The notes: generated from the letters alone by a model not told the origin. A stretch of DNA of 64,000 bases from Elainellaceae cyanobacterium (GCA_051117555.1 JBNPEG010000086.1:27742-91741); one strand, 5' to 3'; shown: positions 10,756-21,510, numbered from the stretch's first letter. Numbers and translations: made by a program.

Positions 10756-11550
10756 ATGCCAGAACTTCCAGATGTAGAAGTATTTAAGCAATATCTTGAT
10801 TCAACATCGTTGCATCAAACAATCCGGCACGTAGATGTATCAAACTCTAAAGTCTTAGAAAATACGTCAGCTCAGGTATTCAAAAATCAGCTTAAAGACT
10901 GTCAATTCCAATCTTCAAGTCGGCAAGGTAAGTATCTGTTTGTTGAACTCAGTAGCGGTGAATGGCTAGTGTTCAGTTTTGGGATGACGGGCAGTTTGAA
11001 GTACTTCAAAAACGATGATCAAATGCCCGACTATCCTCGTATTAGATTCGACTTTGTAAATGAGTTCCACCTTGTTTATGCCTCTCAACGCATGTTAGGA
11101 AAGGTCATGCTAACGGGCGATCGCAAGCAGTTTATCGAGGCTCACCAGCTCGGACTCGATGCAATCAGTCCGGATTTAGATGAATCTAGGTTTCGGCAGG
11201 TCATGAAAGGTAGACGGGGAATGCTGAAATCTACCCTAATGAATCAGCATGTCATTGCCGGGATTGGAAATGTGTATGCGGATGAAATTCTATTCCATGC
11301 TGGGTTTCATCCCAAGACTTCCGTGAAAGAATTGGACGATAACCATTTTGATACCCTCTTTCGAGCGATGCAGGAGGTCTTACAGGTGGCGATCGCTCAT
11401 CGGGCTGATCCGGAACAACTGCCTAACTCCTATCTCCTTCCCCATCGCCATGATGGCGGGAAATGCCCCAAGTGCGGAGAATCATTGCAGCATATCAAAG
11501 TCTCAGGGCGCACCGCCTATTATTGTCCTCAATGTCAGCCTAAGCCGTAA
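10756..11550 (+). CDS. Fpg/Nei family DNA glycosylase
   Basis: N-terminal PELPDVE, GKYL, H2TH GIGNVYADEILF, C-terminal CPKC..CPQCQ zinc finger. Confidence 0.9.
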   Translation: MPELPDVEVFKQYLDSTSLHQTIRHVDVSNSKVLENTSAQVFKNQLKDCQFQSSSRQGKYLFVELSSGEWLVFSFGMTGSLKYFKNDDQMPDYPRIRFDFVNEFHLVYASQRMLGKVMLTGDRKQFIEAHQLGLDAISPDLDESRFRQVMKGRRGMLKSTLMNQHVIAGIGNVYADEILFHAGFHPKTSVKELDDNHFDTLFRAMQEVLQVAIAHRADPEQLPNSYLLPHRHDGGKCPKCGESLQHIKVSGRTAYYCPQCQPKP

Positions 11551-11559
11551 GCGATTAGC

Positions 11560-11653
11560 TATAGCAATAGCAATCCCAGATGGGTTGTGAGTGGTGGGGC
11601 GGGCGGCGTCCTACCCCTCACACACAATTCACAAGCGATTTAGGATCGCTATA
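11560..11653. mobile_element. MITE-like element, TATAGCAATCC TIR family (copy 1)
   Basis: TAGCAATCCCAGATGGGTTGTGA ... TCACAAGCGATTTAGGATCGCTATA; second copy at 12670-12752. Confidence 0.8.
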
Positions 11654-11953
11654 TTGGCGATTAGCATTCAGTTTGGATATAAGCACATTTGCGCCAGTAT
11701 AACCAAAGAGAGATTCTTACTCCGTACCATTTGAGGTATCACTCTGACAGACACATAGAAATTCCTAGACATACTTGAGTCCAAGGATTTTACGTTGGCA
11801 TGGAAACACGGTTTTCTGTTGCTCTTTTCACAATTTGGGTAGGAATCCTATACCTGCCCGATCCAGATTGAAAGTAGGTTGAAACTCCGACGTCATCGTT
11901 CGGCATTTCAGCGTATCGATAGCTCTGCATGTGCCCTATACACTAAGTGCGCT

Positions 11954-12445
11954 ATGACTTTTGAATTTCTTCCAGAGTGGGTTAAAACGGGGTCACAATT
12001 TATCCATCCCACGGTGATGCTAACCTTGCTGTTCTTTACGTTCTATACGCTCTATCTCGGCATCAAGGCTCAGAAAACGCGTACTGCTGAAGGAGACGAA
12101 AAGAAAGAGCTTGTCAAAGGACGATATGGCATCAGGCATCACAAGCTCAGTTCAATCCTGCTAGCTATTTTTGTGCTGAGTCCCTTGTTTGCTATGTTGG
12201 TGACCTATATCAACAATGGCAAGCTCATTCTTGGACCTCATCTTGTTGTAGGCTTGACCATTACTGGACTTGTTGCCATGTCTGCTTCCCTTGCTCCATT
12301 TATGCAAAAGGGTAATATTCCGGCCCGCTATGCTCACGTAGTTTTGAATGTCGGGGTTTTGGGCTTATTTAGCTGGCAGGTCTTTACGGGGTTGAAAATC
12401 GTACAAACTATTATCAGCCATCTAACTACGGCAAGTCCGGCGTGA
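11954..12445 (+). CDS. DUF4079 family membrane protein
   Basis: FIHP..M, YTLYLG, RHHKLSSILL, GPHLVVGL, ARYAHVVLN; conserved His residues suggest a cytochrome-b-like fold; start moved to ATG 11954. Confidence 0.8.
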   Translation: MTFEFLPEWVKTGSQFIHPTVMLTLLFFTFYTLYLGIKAQKTRTAEGDEKKELVKGRYGIRHHKLSSILLAIFVLSPLFAMLVTYINNGKLILGPHLVVGLTITGLVAMSASLAPFMQKGNIPARYAHVVLNVGVLGLFSWQVFTGLKIVQTIISHLTTASPA

Positions 12446-12447
12446 AT

Positions 12448-12580
12448 GAGAGCGTTTAAATTTTCGTGTAAGTGCGACCGTCCTCGGTCGCCTGTGCCCT
12501 AACCGTGGGGATGTGAGCGAGACGTTATGCTCCACATTGCCAGGGCAAACACTCAATTACACAAAATTTGGAACACTCTC
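12448..12580. mobile_element. MITE-like element with 24-bp imperfect TIR
   Basis: GAGAGCGTTTAAATTTTCGTGTAA / TTACACAAAATTTGGAACACTCTC; flanks GCGTGAAT and GCGTAAAT (8-bp TSD, 1 mismatch). Confidence 0.7.
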
Positions 12581-12669
12581 GCGTAAATTGGCTTGGCATT
12601 CAAGGACAATTTTGAGATGCGCTATGTGTCTTGCATGCTTAACTAAGCCCTTTAAATTGCACATTGCTC

Positions 12670-12752
12670 TATAGCAATCCCAAATGGGTTGTGAGTGGCG
12701 GCGCCCGCCCCACCACTCACAACCCATTCACAAGCGATTTAGGATCGCTATA
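12670..12752. mobile_element. MITE-like element, TATAGCAATCC TIR family (copy 2)
   Basis: TATAGCAATCCCAAATGGGTTGTGA ... TCACAAGCGATTTAGGATCGCTATA. Confidence 0.8.
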
Positions 12753-12761
12753 TTAAGTCTT

Positions 12762-13136
12762 ATGGATATTAATCATCCGGCCATTGTTACAGAGGTCACG
12801 GCTGCATTTGAGCGCTACGAGGCAGCTTTGATTCACAATGATGTCCTGGTCCTGGATGAGCTATTTTGGAACAGTCCTTACACCATTCGGTATGGTGCAA
12901 CTGAAAATTTGTATGGATATGAGGCGATCGCCCGATTTCGCAGTCAGCGATCGCCCATGGGGTTGACGCGCACCTTATCGAATACCATCATTACCACCTA
13001 TGGGCGCGATTTTGCGACAGCGAATACTGAATTTCAGCGCGACGAGTCTGGCAAAATCGGACGACAAAGCCAAACCTGGATGCGGACTCCTGAAGGATGG
13101 CGAGTTGTGAGTGCCCATGTATCGTTTCTTCCATAG
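12762..13136 (+). CDS. hpxZ: Oxalurate catabolism protein HpxZ / AtzH-like (NTF2 fold)
   Basis: [43 protein letters not shown]; true start likely ATG 12762 (the upstream ORF extension is MITE sequence). Confidence 0.85.
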   Translation: MDINHPAIVTEVTAAFERYEAALIHNDVLVLDELFWNSPYTIRYGATENLYGYEAIARFRSQRSPMGLTRTLSNTIITTYGRDFATANTEFQRDESGKIGRQSQTWMRTPEGWRVVSAHVSFLP

Positions 13137-13208
13137 GCGTGCCCAGATTGCGCGCCGCGATTTTACCCCCTTGCCGATACACTAAGATTAACGCTCTGAG
13201 CAAATGCT

Positions 13209-13916
13209 ATGACTGTTGCTGATACCCCAGCCGACGATATTCGTTTGCCACCGTGTGATCTTTGGAGTGATGAACCCCCCTTGGAAAGCGACTGGCATCG
13301 CGATCAAATTGACCTGCTATTAGCCTGTTTACGATTCTGGTGGCGCGATCGCAGCGACTACTATGCGAGCGGCAACCTTACCATCTATTACAGCGAAGAC
13401 AAAATAACGACTCGAGATTTTCGGGGTCCTGATTTCTTTGTCGTCTTAGGGACAGAAAATCGCCCACGCCGCAGTTGGATGACATGGGTAGAAGGAGGTA
13501 AATACCCTAATGTCATTATTGAGCTGCTATCCAATAGCACCGCAAGCGTCGACCGCAACGAAAAAAAGCTCCTCTATCAAGACACCTTCCGCACGCCCGA
13601 ATATCTCTGGTTTCACCCTGAAACCCTAGAATTCAAGGGATTTCGGCTAATGGCGGGTAACTATCAGCCCATTGAGCCCAATTCTCGCGCATGGCTCTGG
13701 AGTCAGCAGCTTGATTTATATTTAGGAATTCACGAAGATCGGCTCCGCTTCTTCACGTCAGATGAAATACTCGTACCCACGCCCCAAGAGCGAGCAGAAC
13801 AGGAAGCTCAGCGAGCAGAACAGGAGGTTCAACAACGCCGACAAGCTGAATATCAAGTCGCTGCGCTTCAGGCAAAATTGAGAGAACTGGGTGTTGATCC
13901 CGATACGCTCGCATAA
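13209..13916 (+). CDS. Uma2 family (DUF820) endonuclease-like protein
   Basis: SDEPPLESDWH, FRGPDFFVV, PNVIIELLS, coiled-coil AEQEAQR tail. Confidence 0.92.
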   Translation: MTVADTPADDIRLPPCDLWSDEPPLESDWHRDQIDLLLACLRFWWRDRSDYYASGNLTIYYSEDKITTRDFRGPDFFVVLGTENRPRRSWMTWVEGGKYPNVIIELLSNSTASVDRNEKKLLYQDTFRTPEYLWFHPETLEFKGFRLMAGNYQPIEPNSRAWLWSQQLDLYLGIHEDRLRFFTSDEILVPTPQERAEQEAQRAEQEVQQRRQAEYQVAALQAKLRELGVDPDTLA

Positions 13917-13937
13917 GACTGAGCGATCGCCTTCTCA

Positions 13938-14708
13938 TCAACGCATTCGGTCTGAAAGAAGCATCTCACTCATTTCACAAAATCCCTCTGCTTCAGCATG
14001 CTGAGTCACAAACCTTGGCGGATGGGTCATCTGATTGAGGTAATCCAGAACATTCGCGACACCGACGGAGTGAGGAAACTGAACCGGATTGAATAGGCTC
14101 TCATCATTTGGACTATCTCCGACAGTCAGAACATGGTCTGGATTAAAATCGGAGAATTGTGCTTGCAAGACCTCAAGCAACGCTGTTGCCTTGTCTTGAC
14201 CGTGCGGTTTGATGTGACACTGCACCGTACTATAGGTAAAACTCCATCCCTGCGCCTCGCAGCGCTCCTGTAGAGTTTGCAACTCAGACCTGCTTAAGCC
14301 CTCAACATCAAACGTCCAGTCTGTAATCCGAAAGCGATTATCAGATGACTCGTGAAGCATAGGGTATTCAGCACTCAGGCTTGCGAAGGTTTGACTCAGA
14401 TTGGCTCGATGGTTCTGAATATCCCTAATGGGTGAAATCAAGTGAAGCTCGCCGTCCGCCGAATAAAAAAGACCACCATTTTCGGCGATCGCCCCTTGAA
14501 CTGGCAGATAGCTCACTATGCCCTCAACCCACCCTGCCGATCGCCCTGTCACAACCAAAACCGGAATGCCTGCACGAGCCAAATCCGTTAGAGTTTGCAG
14601 CATGCGAGCCGTAAACTTGCCTGATTGGGTTAATGTTCCATCCATGTCGGTAGCAATTAGACGAATATTCTTGACAGAATCGGCATAAAGTCGTTGAGTT
14701 TTGAGCAT
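13938..14708 (-). CDS. HAD-IIB family hydrolase
   Basis: DMDGTLT, VTGRS, AENGG, GDSPND. Confidence 0.9.
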   Translation of the reverse strand: MLKTQRLYADSVKNIRLIATDMDGTLTQSGKFTARMLQTLTDLARAGIPVLVVTGRSAGWVEGIVSYLPVQGAIAENGGLFYSADGELHLISPIRDIQNHRANLSQTFASLSAEYPMLHESSDNRFRITDWTFDVEGLSRSELQTLQERCEAQGWSFTYSTVQCHIKPHGQDKATALLEVLQAQFSDFNPDHVLTVGDSPNDESLFNPVQFPHSVGVANVLDYLNQMTHPPRFVTQHAEAEGFCEMSEMLLSDRMR

Positions 14709-14764
14709 AACCGCCTACACTGGGTAGTTGACTAGACTGAATTCAAGATACCTCGTTACCCCCC

Positions 14765-16432
14765 ATGGCAGCACTGAACCCAGACCAACGGAACTATCTC
14801 TACATTCTGGACGCAGTGCGAGTAGGCATCCACAAGCCTATTCTGGCGGCGCTGTATGCGGTTCACAATAGCCCTCGCTTATTCGATGGAGAGACCGGGC
14901 TTGGAATTGCTCCCATCAATCGCGTCCCGCCCGATCGGGTCAATACGTTTGCAGAGCAGGTGCAATATGCGGCAAACACCATCCGCAGCATGACTGAACG
15001 CCTAATTGCTCAAGGGTGGAAGGGCAATGACTTATGGGATAGCAATCAAGGTCGATATAGCGATCGCTTCATTCAGGCGATCGCAGACGGATACTCTCCT
15101 CCAGCCGACGATGTGTCGTCAGCACTCTTAGAATCATGTGATTCAGAAGAATTACTCCGGGCATACCTCGATGACATCGACATCGATTACGAAGGAACGC
15201 AACTCCCGCAAAATCTGGTATATCTGGATCGTGCCCTGCTAGAACTTGTGGACCGCATTCCTCGCTATTATCAGAGAGTCGTCCATCAGCGAGACGCGCT
15301 ACTCGAAGCGTTACGCATTTGGCGCAAACTCGATACTCAAGACCAAGCTATTAGTACCCTATTTGGACGACCCAGCGGTTTTTCAAGTAGCTCGGTCGAC
15401 GAAGTCCAAATTGACCGAGAATTAGTCAAATTTGTTCAAAATATTTCACCATATTACAGTGGCTATCCTCATCAGCGAGAAGCGTTGTTGAGGCTCGTTC
15501 AGCTTTGGCGTCAGCTTGATTCCCGCGAAGATGCAATTCGTTCGTTACAGGAAAGTGCATCCGCCGAGAGCAATCTGAACATCGTTGATCCAGCCTTAAT
15601 TGCGTTTGTGCAGCGCGTGCCCCAATTTTATGATGGCAAGGGGAGCCAGCGAAATGCCTTGACCGAAGCCTTTCGTCTCTGGCGGCAGCTCGATTCTCGG
15701 CGCACTGCTCTCATCGAGCTGGGTATCAATCCAGATATTCTATCCAGCAAGCAGCTTGCTCCTGAAACGGCTCAAGATGTGGCTCGTCAACTCGATCGAG
15801 AACTGATTGCATTCACCCGTCGCATTCCTGGAGCCTATCAAGAAACGGATGAACAGCGAGAGGCGCTCATTCGCTTGGTTCAACTATGGCGGGATCTCGG
15901 CGTTCGTGAAAAGGCAATTCAAGCATTGCTAGAAGACGTCAAGCGCATCAACCAAGCCCGTCGGGGATCGCCCAATGAGCCACCAGCTCCTGAACCTGCT
16001 CCTCAACCACCTCGCCCTGACCGCTGGACTCCGAACAACATTCAGCTACATGCATCGATTATTCCAAACGGCAATTTTACGTGGGCAGAAGCCACGCGCG
16101 GAGGGCAACGGATGCCGCCCAATCAGACGACCGTGGATGCCATCGTTAGAATTGCTCAATTGGCCCAGCAAGCACGCGATCGCATTGGCCGCCCCTTCCG
16201 GATCACAAGCTGGTATCGACCGCCCGATGTCAATCGACGCGTGGGTGGAGCATCCGAGAGCAGGCATGTCGTTGGTGATGCGATCGATTATTATGTGGAT
16301 GGACTAACAGGGGATCAGATCTACCGCGCCTTAGATCCCTGGTGGGCTGGAGGTCTAGGTCGATATACAGGAAGCCGAAGCAACCTGAGCCACATCGATG
16401 CTCGTGGCTATCGAGCTCGATGGCGGCATTAA
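14765..16432 (+). CDS. Peptidase M15A-domain protein with four helical repeats
   Basis: C-terminal ITSWYRP..N..VGGASESRH..GDAID..HIDARG; Pro-rich linker. Confidence 0.85.
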   Translation: MAALNPDQRNYLYILDAVRVGIHKPILAALYAVHNSPRLFDGETGLGIAPINRVPPDRVNTFAEQVQYAANTIRSMTERLIAQGWKGNDLWDSNQGRYSDRFIQAIADGYSPPADDVSSALLESCDSEELLRAYLDDIDIDYEGTQLPQNLVYLDRALLELVDRIPRYYQRVVHQRDALLEALRIWRKLDTQDQAISTLFGRPSGFSSSSVDEVQIDRELVKFVQNISPYYSGYPHQREALLRLVQLWRQLDSREDAIRSLQESASAESNLNIVDPALIAFVQRVPQFYDGKGSQRNALTEAFRLWRQLDSRRTALIELGINPDILSSKQLAPETAQDVARQLDRELIAFTRRIPGAYQETDEQREALIRLVQLWRDLGVREKAIQALLEDVKRINQARRGSPNEPPAPEPAPQPPRPDRWTPNNIQLHASIIPNGNFTWAEATRGGQRMPPNQTTVDAIVRIAQLAQQARDRIGRPFRITSWYRPPDVNRRVGGASESRHVVGDAIDYYVDGLTGDQIYRALDPWWAGGLGRYTGSRSNLSHIDARGYRARWRH

Positions 16433-16594
16433 TTTTATTAGTGATAAATTTTCCTGAATCAGGGTGCCTATTCTTGTATAAGCCTTTACATGGTTTATTC
16501 CTGATGGACTTCTATCAATTAGGGGAATCCTCTTTAATGTAGGGCTTCCTAACTGCTAGGCATCGTTACTGGTTTGTATTCAGCGAAACTCACT

Positions 16595-17350
16595 ATGTCA
16601 GCTTATATTCTCCTTGTTGAACCCAGATTGGCGCAAACTCCGTCTTCTCCTCCGGCGAAGTTCCGTGCTGATCAAATGTGGATGATTTCGTCAGGGGTTC
16701 TTTTTATTTTGTTGATTGCATCGATTGTTTATACCAACATCACAGTTAATAAAATTCAAAAAGAAAAGCGATTCGAGGAATTTAAAAATCGTGAACTCCA
16801 CAGAAAGCTGAAACTTTCGTTGCAAACGATTAGCAAAATGGAGAGAAATCCAGATTTAATTTATTCCAGAGAATTTAATCTCGACTATCTCAGAATGCGA
16901 ATGGAAGAAAAAAAATTCCACTTCGCAATCGTCAATCAAATCAAAATTAAGGTTAAAGAAAAAATTTCGGTTGCACTGCGCCCTTCGCAAGCCAATCAAG
17001 GCTTAGTAGGAATTGCCAGCACGGGGCGGCAGGTCGATGAAATCTTTGATGTCGAATATAACTTGAGCGATATTATTGATGGGAAGCGAGGTGTTTTATT
17101 CCGAATTCAAATTCGGCTGACCAAAATTCCAACGCAACCAACCTCTGTAACCATTAGCCAGATCATCGACTGCCTTGAAACCTATATGAGCAACAAAGCC
17201 GATCATGATACGTGGCAACCTACGATTCAGGGTCGCATTGCATCGGTCCATTGGGATCAAAAGGCAAAGCCGACTCCGTTGCTAGTGTTAGAACAATCCA
17301 ACGAAGGGGTTAATGTTACGTTTCGAACCACTCGGATGGTGCGAAGCTAA
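16595..17350 (+). CDS. Hypothetical protein, single N-terminal TM plus coiled coil
   Basis: Long ORF, TM GVLFILLIASIVY; start uncertain (16574 or 16595). Confidence 0.7.
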   Translation: MSAYILLVEPRLAQTPSSPPAKFRADQMWMISSGVLFILLIASIVYTNITVNKIQKEKRFEEFKNRELHRKLKLSLQTISKMERNPDLIYSREFNLDYLRMRMEEKKFHFAIVNQIKIKVKEKISVALRPSQANQGLVGIASTGRQVDEIFDVEYNLSDIIDGKRGVLFRIQIRLTKIPTQPTSVTISQIIDCLETYMSNKADHDTWQPTIQGRIASVHWDQKAKPTPLLVLEQSNEGVNVTFRTTRMVRS

Positions 17351-17494
17351 CTCTAGGCGCGCTAAAAATTTGCAAGTGTAGGTCTATGTGCGCTGGCAAC
17401 CTGCACTATAAATCTTTAGTGAATTTGTATCGAGGGGATTGCGATCGCCCGGTAAACTAGGTCAAGCTCAAACGATACATTTTCTAATTCAACT

Positions 17495-19060
17495 ATGCCA
17501 AGCGATCGCGCCCAAGAAACTCTTAGACGGGCTCGCAAACTCCGACTCAGCCCAACTCCTCGAACCCTCAGAGATTTCATCGGGCAAGGCGACTCCACCG
17601 ATCTCTATCGCTTTAAGTCCCGAGCAACTAGTCAGATTGACTTAACGTTGTCCAAACTCAGGGCTAATGCGAATGTCGAAATTTATCAAGTCAAAGGTAA
17701 GCTGCGGAACGTCCTTCGAAAAATTGGGCGCATTGACTTTGATGACCTCAGCCGTCGAGATATTCGGCGCAATCTCAGACGAATAGGCCGTTCGACCCGA
17801 AAGGGCAAACGCAACGAGACACTCAGCCTAGATGTGGGGCCGGGTACATTCTTTGTACGGGTCTACCCCAATAGAAATCGAGACAGCACCCGATATCGGC
17901 TGCGTATATCCGCAACGCCAGAAGCACTCCCAGTTTTGGATAGCGTCGGCAATACTCTCGCTGATGCGACTCAGATTCCATCGGAGTCAACGGTGAATAT
18001 CTTTGCAGATCAAATTGGAGTATCTGATCCGAGTGATGTGTATCGCTTTGATTTGGGCGATCGCAAGAAGGTGTTCCTCGCCTTAACCAACTTGCAAGCC
18101 AATGCCGATCTGAATCTTCTAGACAGCACCGGAGCCCTAATCAAAAATTCTGCAAAGATTGGGGTTGAATCAGAAGCGATTGTTCGCAATCTAAAGGCGG
18201 GCACCTACTATATTCAGGTGGTTCCTCAAGCAGGAAGCACCACTCCCTATACGCTGACCTCATCGATAGCTGATTTAACAACGACAACCCTATACAATGG
18301 CGTCAATCTGCCCGCGGACACGGTTCCCCAGTCGCTTGCGTTGGGGCAGTTTCCCATTCCTGAGACGCTCGCTCCGATTCCGATCAATCTGCTGCCTCCA
18401 AACATCAGAGACTTTTTTGGCGATCCAATACCCGAAACCTACGTGCCGGGAATTGGAGTGAACATCAACTCTCAATTCTCAACAACCAACCCGAATCAAG
18501 GCTATGTTGGCTATTCCAACTATCAGCCTGACCTGAGCTCCATCAATACAGTCGAACTTTTGGGCGCAAATAGTCTAGATGACTTAGACGTTGATTTCAA
18601 TTTGGTCAATTCTCTCTTTCCAGTGCTCGACGCATCAGTCGGCTACACCCTCGAATTTACCCTGACGCTCAACTCTGAGACGAGCGGTGCTAATCGAGCA
18701 GGCTTTAGCTTAATCATGATGAATAATACAGCACAAGGCGTTGAGCTAGCCTTTAAGGGCGATCGCATCTTTGCTCAATCTGCTAACTTCACAGAAGTTG
18801 CGACTGAGAGCGCACCACTCAGTTCCATCGGTAGAGCCATCAACTACACGCTTGATGTCAGCGATACCAACTATGAGCTATTTGCAGACGGAACATCGCT
18901 TTTCTCTGGATTGCTGCGTGACTTTAATTTTGATCCGGCACTCAGCGATCCGCCGTTGCCGTTTAGCCCGTACGATCGTCTCAATTTTCTATTCTTTGGC
19001 GATAACACAGATCAAGGGCACGCTGATTTCACACTAGGCCCCATCTCCTTGTTTACGTAA
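17495..19060 (+). CDS. PPC (pre-peptidase C-terminal) repeat protein with C-terminal beta-rich domain (choice-of-anchor Y-like)
   Basis: Two PPC-like units (D..D.YRF..L..L.ANA.L..G.Y+++V..T.Y.L); C-terminal [28 protein letters not shown]. Confidence 0.7.
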   Translation: MPSDRAQETLRRARKLRLSPTPRTLRDFIGQGDSTDLYRFKSRATSQIDLTLSKLRANANVEIYQVKGKLRNVLRKIGRIDFDDLSRRDIRRNLRRIGRSTRKGKRNETLSLDVGPGTFFVRVYPNRNRDSTRYRLRISATPEALPVLDSVGNTLADATQIPSESTVNIFADQIGVSDPSDVYRFDLGDRKKVFLALTNLQANADLNLLDSTGALIKNSAKIGVESEAIVRNLKAGTYYIQVVPQAGSTTPYTLTSSIADLTTTTLYNGVNLPADTVPQSLALGQFPIPETLAPIPINLLPPNIRDFFGDPIPETYVPGIGVNINSQFSTTNPNQGYVGYSNYQPDLSSINTVELLGANSLDDLDVDFNLVNSLFPVLDASVGYTLEFTLTLNSETSGANRAGFSLIMMNNTAQGVELAFKGDRIFAQSANFTEVATESAPLSSIGRAINYTLDVSDTNYELFADGTSLFSGLLRDFNFDPALSDPPLPFSPYDRLNFLFFGDNTDQGHADFTLGPISLFT

Positions 19061-20267
19061 AGCGTGCAGAGGGCAAGATGAGCATGGCATCTCCAAAAGA
19101 ATAGAAGCGGTAGTTGTGGGCGATCGCCTCTTGATAGAGAGTCAGCAGACGGGGGCGCCCAATTAGTGCGCTGACCAGCATTAGCAAGCTTGACTTCGGT
19201 AAATGAAAGTTTGTAATCAATCCTTCAACGACTCGCCACGTATACCCTGGATAGATAAATAAATCGGTTTTGCCACAAAATGGGTGGATCTCCCCATCCT
19301 GGGCAGCCGCTTCCAGCGACCGAACAACCGTTGTGCCTACTGCGATAATGCGTCCTCCATTGGCTTTAGTGCGCTGAATAGCGGCTACAGTCTCTTTGGG
19401 GACATCGACCCACTCTCCATGCATCGCATGAGCGGTAATGTCTTCAGAGTCGACGGGGCGAAATGTCCCGACTCCAACGTGCAGAGTTACAAAGGTATGT
19501 TGAATATTCGCCTGCTGGAGTTGCTCTAGAAGTTCTGCCGTGAAATGAAGCCCAGCCGTAGGAGCCGCAACAGCACCCAGGCGATCGCCATATACTGTTT
19601 GATAATGTTCTGAGTCTACTTGAGTGTTAGTAATGTAGGGCGGTAAAGGCACTTGCCCCATATGAGGTAAGACCTGCTGAAGCAATGTGCCGTCTGGCAG
19701 GTGAAACTGAATGATACGCCCTTTTGTCGCTGGGTCGGTTGCGACCACGGTTGCGTCTAAAACAGTTGCGCCTGACGGGGTATTTAGAGACGCGATCTGA
19801 TCATTGGATGATGTCGCAGAAATAGGGGAGGGCACCTCGAATTGAATATGAGCACCTGGCTTGAGTCGGCGACCTGGCTTAACGAGTGCAAGCCATTGAT
19901 TGGGTTGATGTTCTTCTAACAACAACAGTTCGACTGCTGTACCGCCTGGCTTGCGTCCATAGAGTCGGGCAGGTAGTACGCGAGTGTTATTGAGGACTAG
20001 CAAGTCTCCGGGCTGTAGGAGATTCGGAAGCTCCCGAAAAATATGATGGGTGTGATTAGTCAGATCTTGTACGACCAGCAATCGAGAGCGATCGCGCGGC
20101 ACAACAGGCTGTTGAGCGATGCGATCATTCGGCAAGTCGTAATCATACGAGCTAAGACGCCAATCCGGATGATCAGAGTCAACCTTGTTCTCGATGTCTT
20201 GATGGTCATTAGAAAATGGAAACGCTGGATCTGGGACAAAAGGTCGAGCCATATTCATAGGAGTCAC
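19053..20267 (-). CDS. queA: S-adenosylmethionine:tRNA ribosyltransferase-isomerase
   Basis: [52 protein letters not shown]. Confidence 0.97.
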   Translation of the reverse strand: MTPMNMARPFVPDPAFPFSNDHQDIENKVDSDHPDWRLSSYDYDLPNDRIAQQPVVPRDRSRLLVVQDLTNHTHHIFRELPNLLQPGDLLVLNNTRVLPARLYGRKPGGTAVELLLLEEHQPNQWLALVKPGRRLKPGAHIQFEVPSPISATSSNDQIASLNTPSGATVLDATVVATDPATKGRIIQFHLPDGTLLQQVLPHMGQVPLPPYITNTQVDSEHYQTVYGDRLGAVAAPTAGLHFTAELLEQLQQANIQHTFVTLHVGVGTFRPVDSEDITAHAMHGEWVDVPKETVAAIQRTKANGGRIIAVGTTVVRSLEAAAQDGEIHPFCGKTDLFIYPGYTWRVVEGLITNFHLPKSSLLMLVSALIGRPRLLTLYQEAIAHNYRFYSFGDAMLILPSARFT

Positions 20268-20402
20268 CGAAAGATCGATAGAGATTTGGGGAATGGGGGA
20301 TCTTCCCTATCTCCACCCAAGCAAGGTCGGGTGGTCTTCCCCTATTGCTTTATCAAGTTTCTCGCAAAGATAGAAGTGTAGCATTTGCTTGAACCTTCAA
20401 CG

Positions 20403-20792
20403 ATGGAATATACCTATTACCTCGCGAATGCCAGCCTTACACTCAGAGTCGTGGAATTTCTCCATTCAACTCTATGGCTTCCTGTTCGCTTCATGACCGT
20501 GATTCACCAAATTGATGGCTGGGTCATCAAAATCAAGCTTAATCGGCAGCTTGGCATTCAGCAGGATGGGGACTTGCGAGCTTTCCTAAACGAGCTAGGG
20601 ATTCCGTATGAGCCTGAAATTCGGGTTCGCATGGCGTTCTGGGGCTTGGAAACAGGACAGTCTCCGGTCGATGTAATGCGGCGTTATCAAGTGGCAGTCG
20701 TCTCCCATGGCGCTCCAGATAGTGAAGAAATTGAGGCTTTTCGTAAGCAGTTTGTTCAAGGGTTGGGCTACTGTCCGGAGACGTTAGCCTGA
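20403..20792 (+). CDS. Conserved cyanobacterial hypothetical protein
   Basis: MEYTYYLANASLTLRVVE..GLGYCPETLA; protein-like composition, followed by hairpin. Confidence 0.75.
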   Translation: MEYTYYLANASLTLRVVEFLHSTLWLPVRFMTVIHQIDGWVIKIKLNRQLGIQQDGDLRAFLNELGIPYEPEIRVRMAFWGLETGQSPVDVMRRYQVAVVSHGAPDSEEIEAFRKQFVQGLGYCPETLA

Positions 20793-20840
20793 ATATTCTT
20801 GCTGATTTGGGGTGTCTAACCTGATGGTAATTCAAAGGTG

Positions 20841-20870
20841 AAGGGGATGTACCGTAGGTGCGTCCCCTTT
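20841..20870. terminator. Likely intrinsic terminator between convergent genes
   Basis: AAGGGGATGTACC-GTA-GGTGCGTCCCCTTT hairpin. Confidence 0.6.
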
Positions 20871-20880
20871 CGAATGTTTT

Positions 20881-21426
20881 TCATTGAAGCGATTCGAAAT
20901 TGCACTCAAATGCACCCGAGATATAGTGTTGAAGGCTAAATTGGTAGCCTTCTTTTTCGATCGCTCGCTCATGCTGGATTGGTGGTTTCGGGGACGACGC
21001 GGATGGAAGGGGCGACCCAGTTGATTCTAATTTGATTTGGGTCGACCGAACTGAATAGGGTTTGCATGAAACCAACGCAACATCAAATTGGCAAGGGTTT
21101 TGTTCAAGCTCAGGATGCTCCACTAGAAACAGTTGGGCAGCCCGCCAAAGCTTCGCTTGTTTTTGGGGCGTGATTGAGAATAGCCCGTTAGCATCCCAGT
21201 TGCCGCGACTCCGAACTTTGACCTCGACAAATATAGTTAGGGGAGACTCATTCTCAGCGGATTGGGCAATCAGATCCAGTTCCCCCCATCTACATCGCCA
21301 GCGTCGCTGCAAAATTGCCCAGCCACGGCACATTAGCCACTGAGCTACCCAATCTTCTCCAAGGCGACCGAGATCAGGGTTAGGGCGCTTCGACGAAGGC
21401 ATCTGAGTCTGGGCATCAGAGGTCAT
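20881..21426 (-). CDS. YraN family (UPF0102) nuclease-like protein
   Basis: G..GE..VA.WL..GW.IL..RW..GELDLIA..FVEVK.R; FDVALV. Confidence 0.9.
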   Translation of the reverse strand: MTSDAQTQMPSSKRPNPDLGRLGEDWVAQWLMCRGWAILQRRWRCRWGELDLIAQSAENESPLTIFVEVKVRSRGNWDANGLFSITPQKQAKLWRAAQLFLVEHPELEQNPCQFDVALVSCKPYSVRSTQIKLESTGSPLPSASSPKPPIQHERAIEKEGYQFSLQHYISGAFECNFESLQ

Positions 21427-21468
21427 ACATTCTCCTGATATGAAGGGGCGCATCAAAATTCATACTAT

Positions 21469-21510
21469 GAAACGCAATTTGGGAAACGCAATTTGGGAAA
21501 CGCAATTTGG
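21469..21510. repeat. Perfect tandem repeat, 3 x 14 bp GAAACGCAATTTGG
   Basis: Directly visible in the divergent intergenic region. Confidence 0.95.

Noticed and set aside
12684..12761. N-terminal extension MGCEWRRPP.. of the hpxZ ORF
   Set aside because: Derived from MITE sequence; family-like sequence starts at ATG 12762
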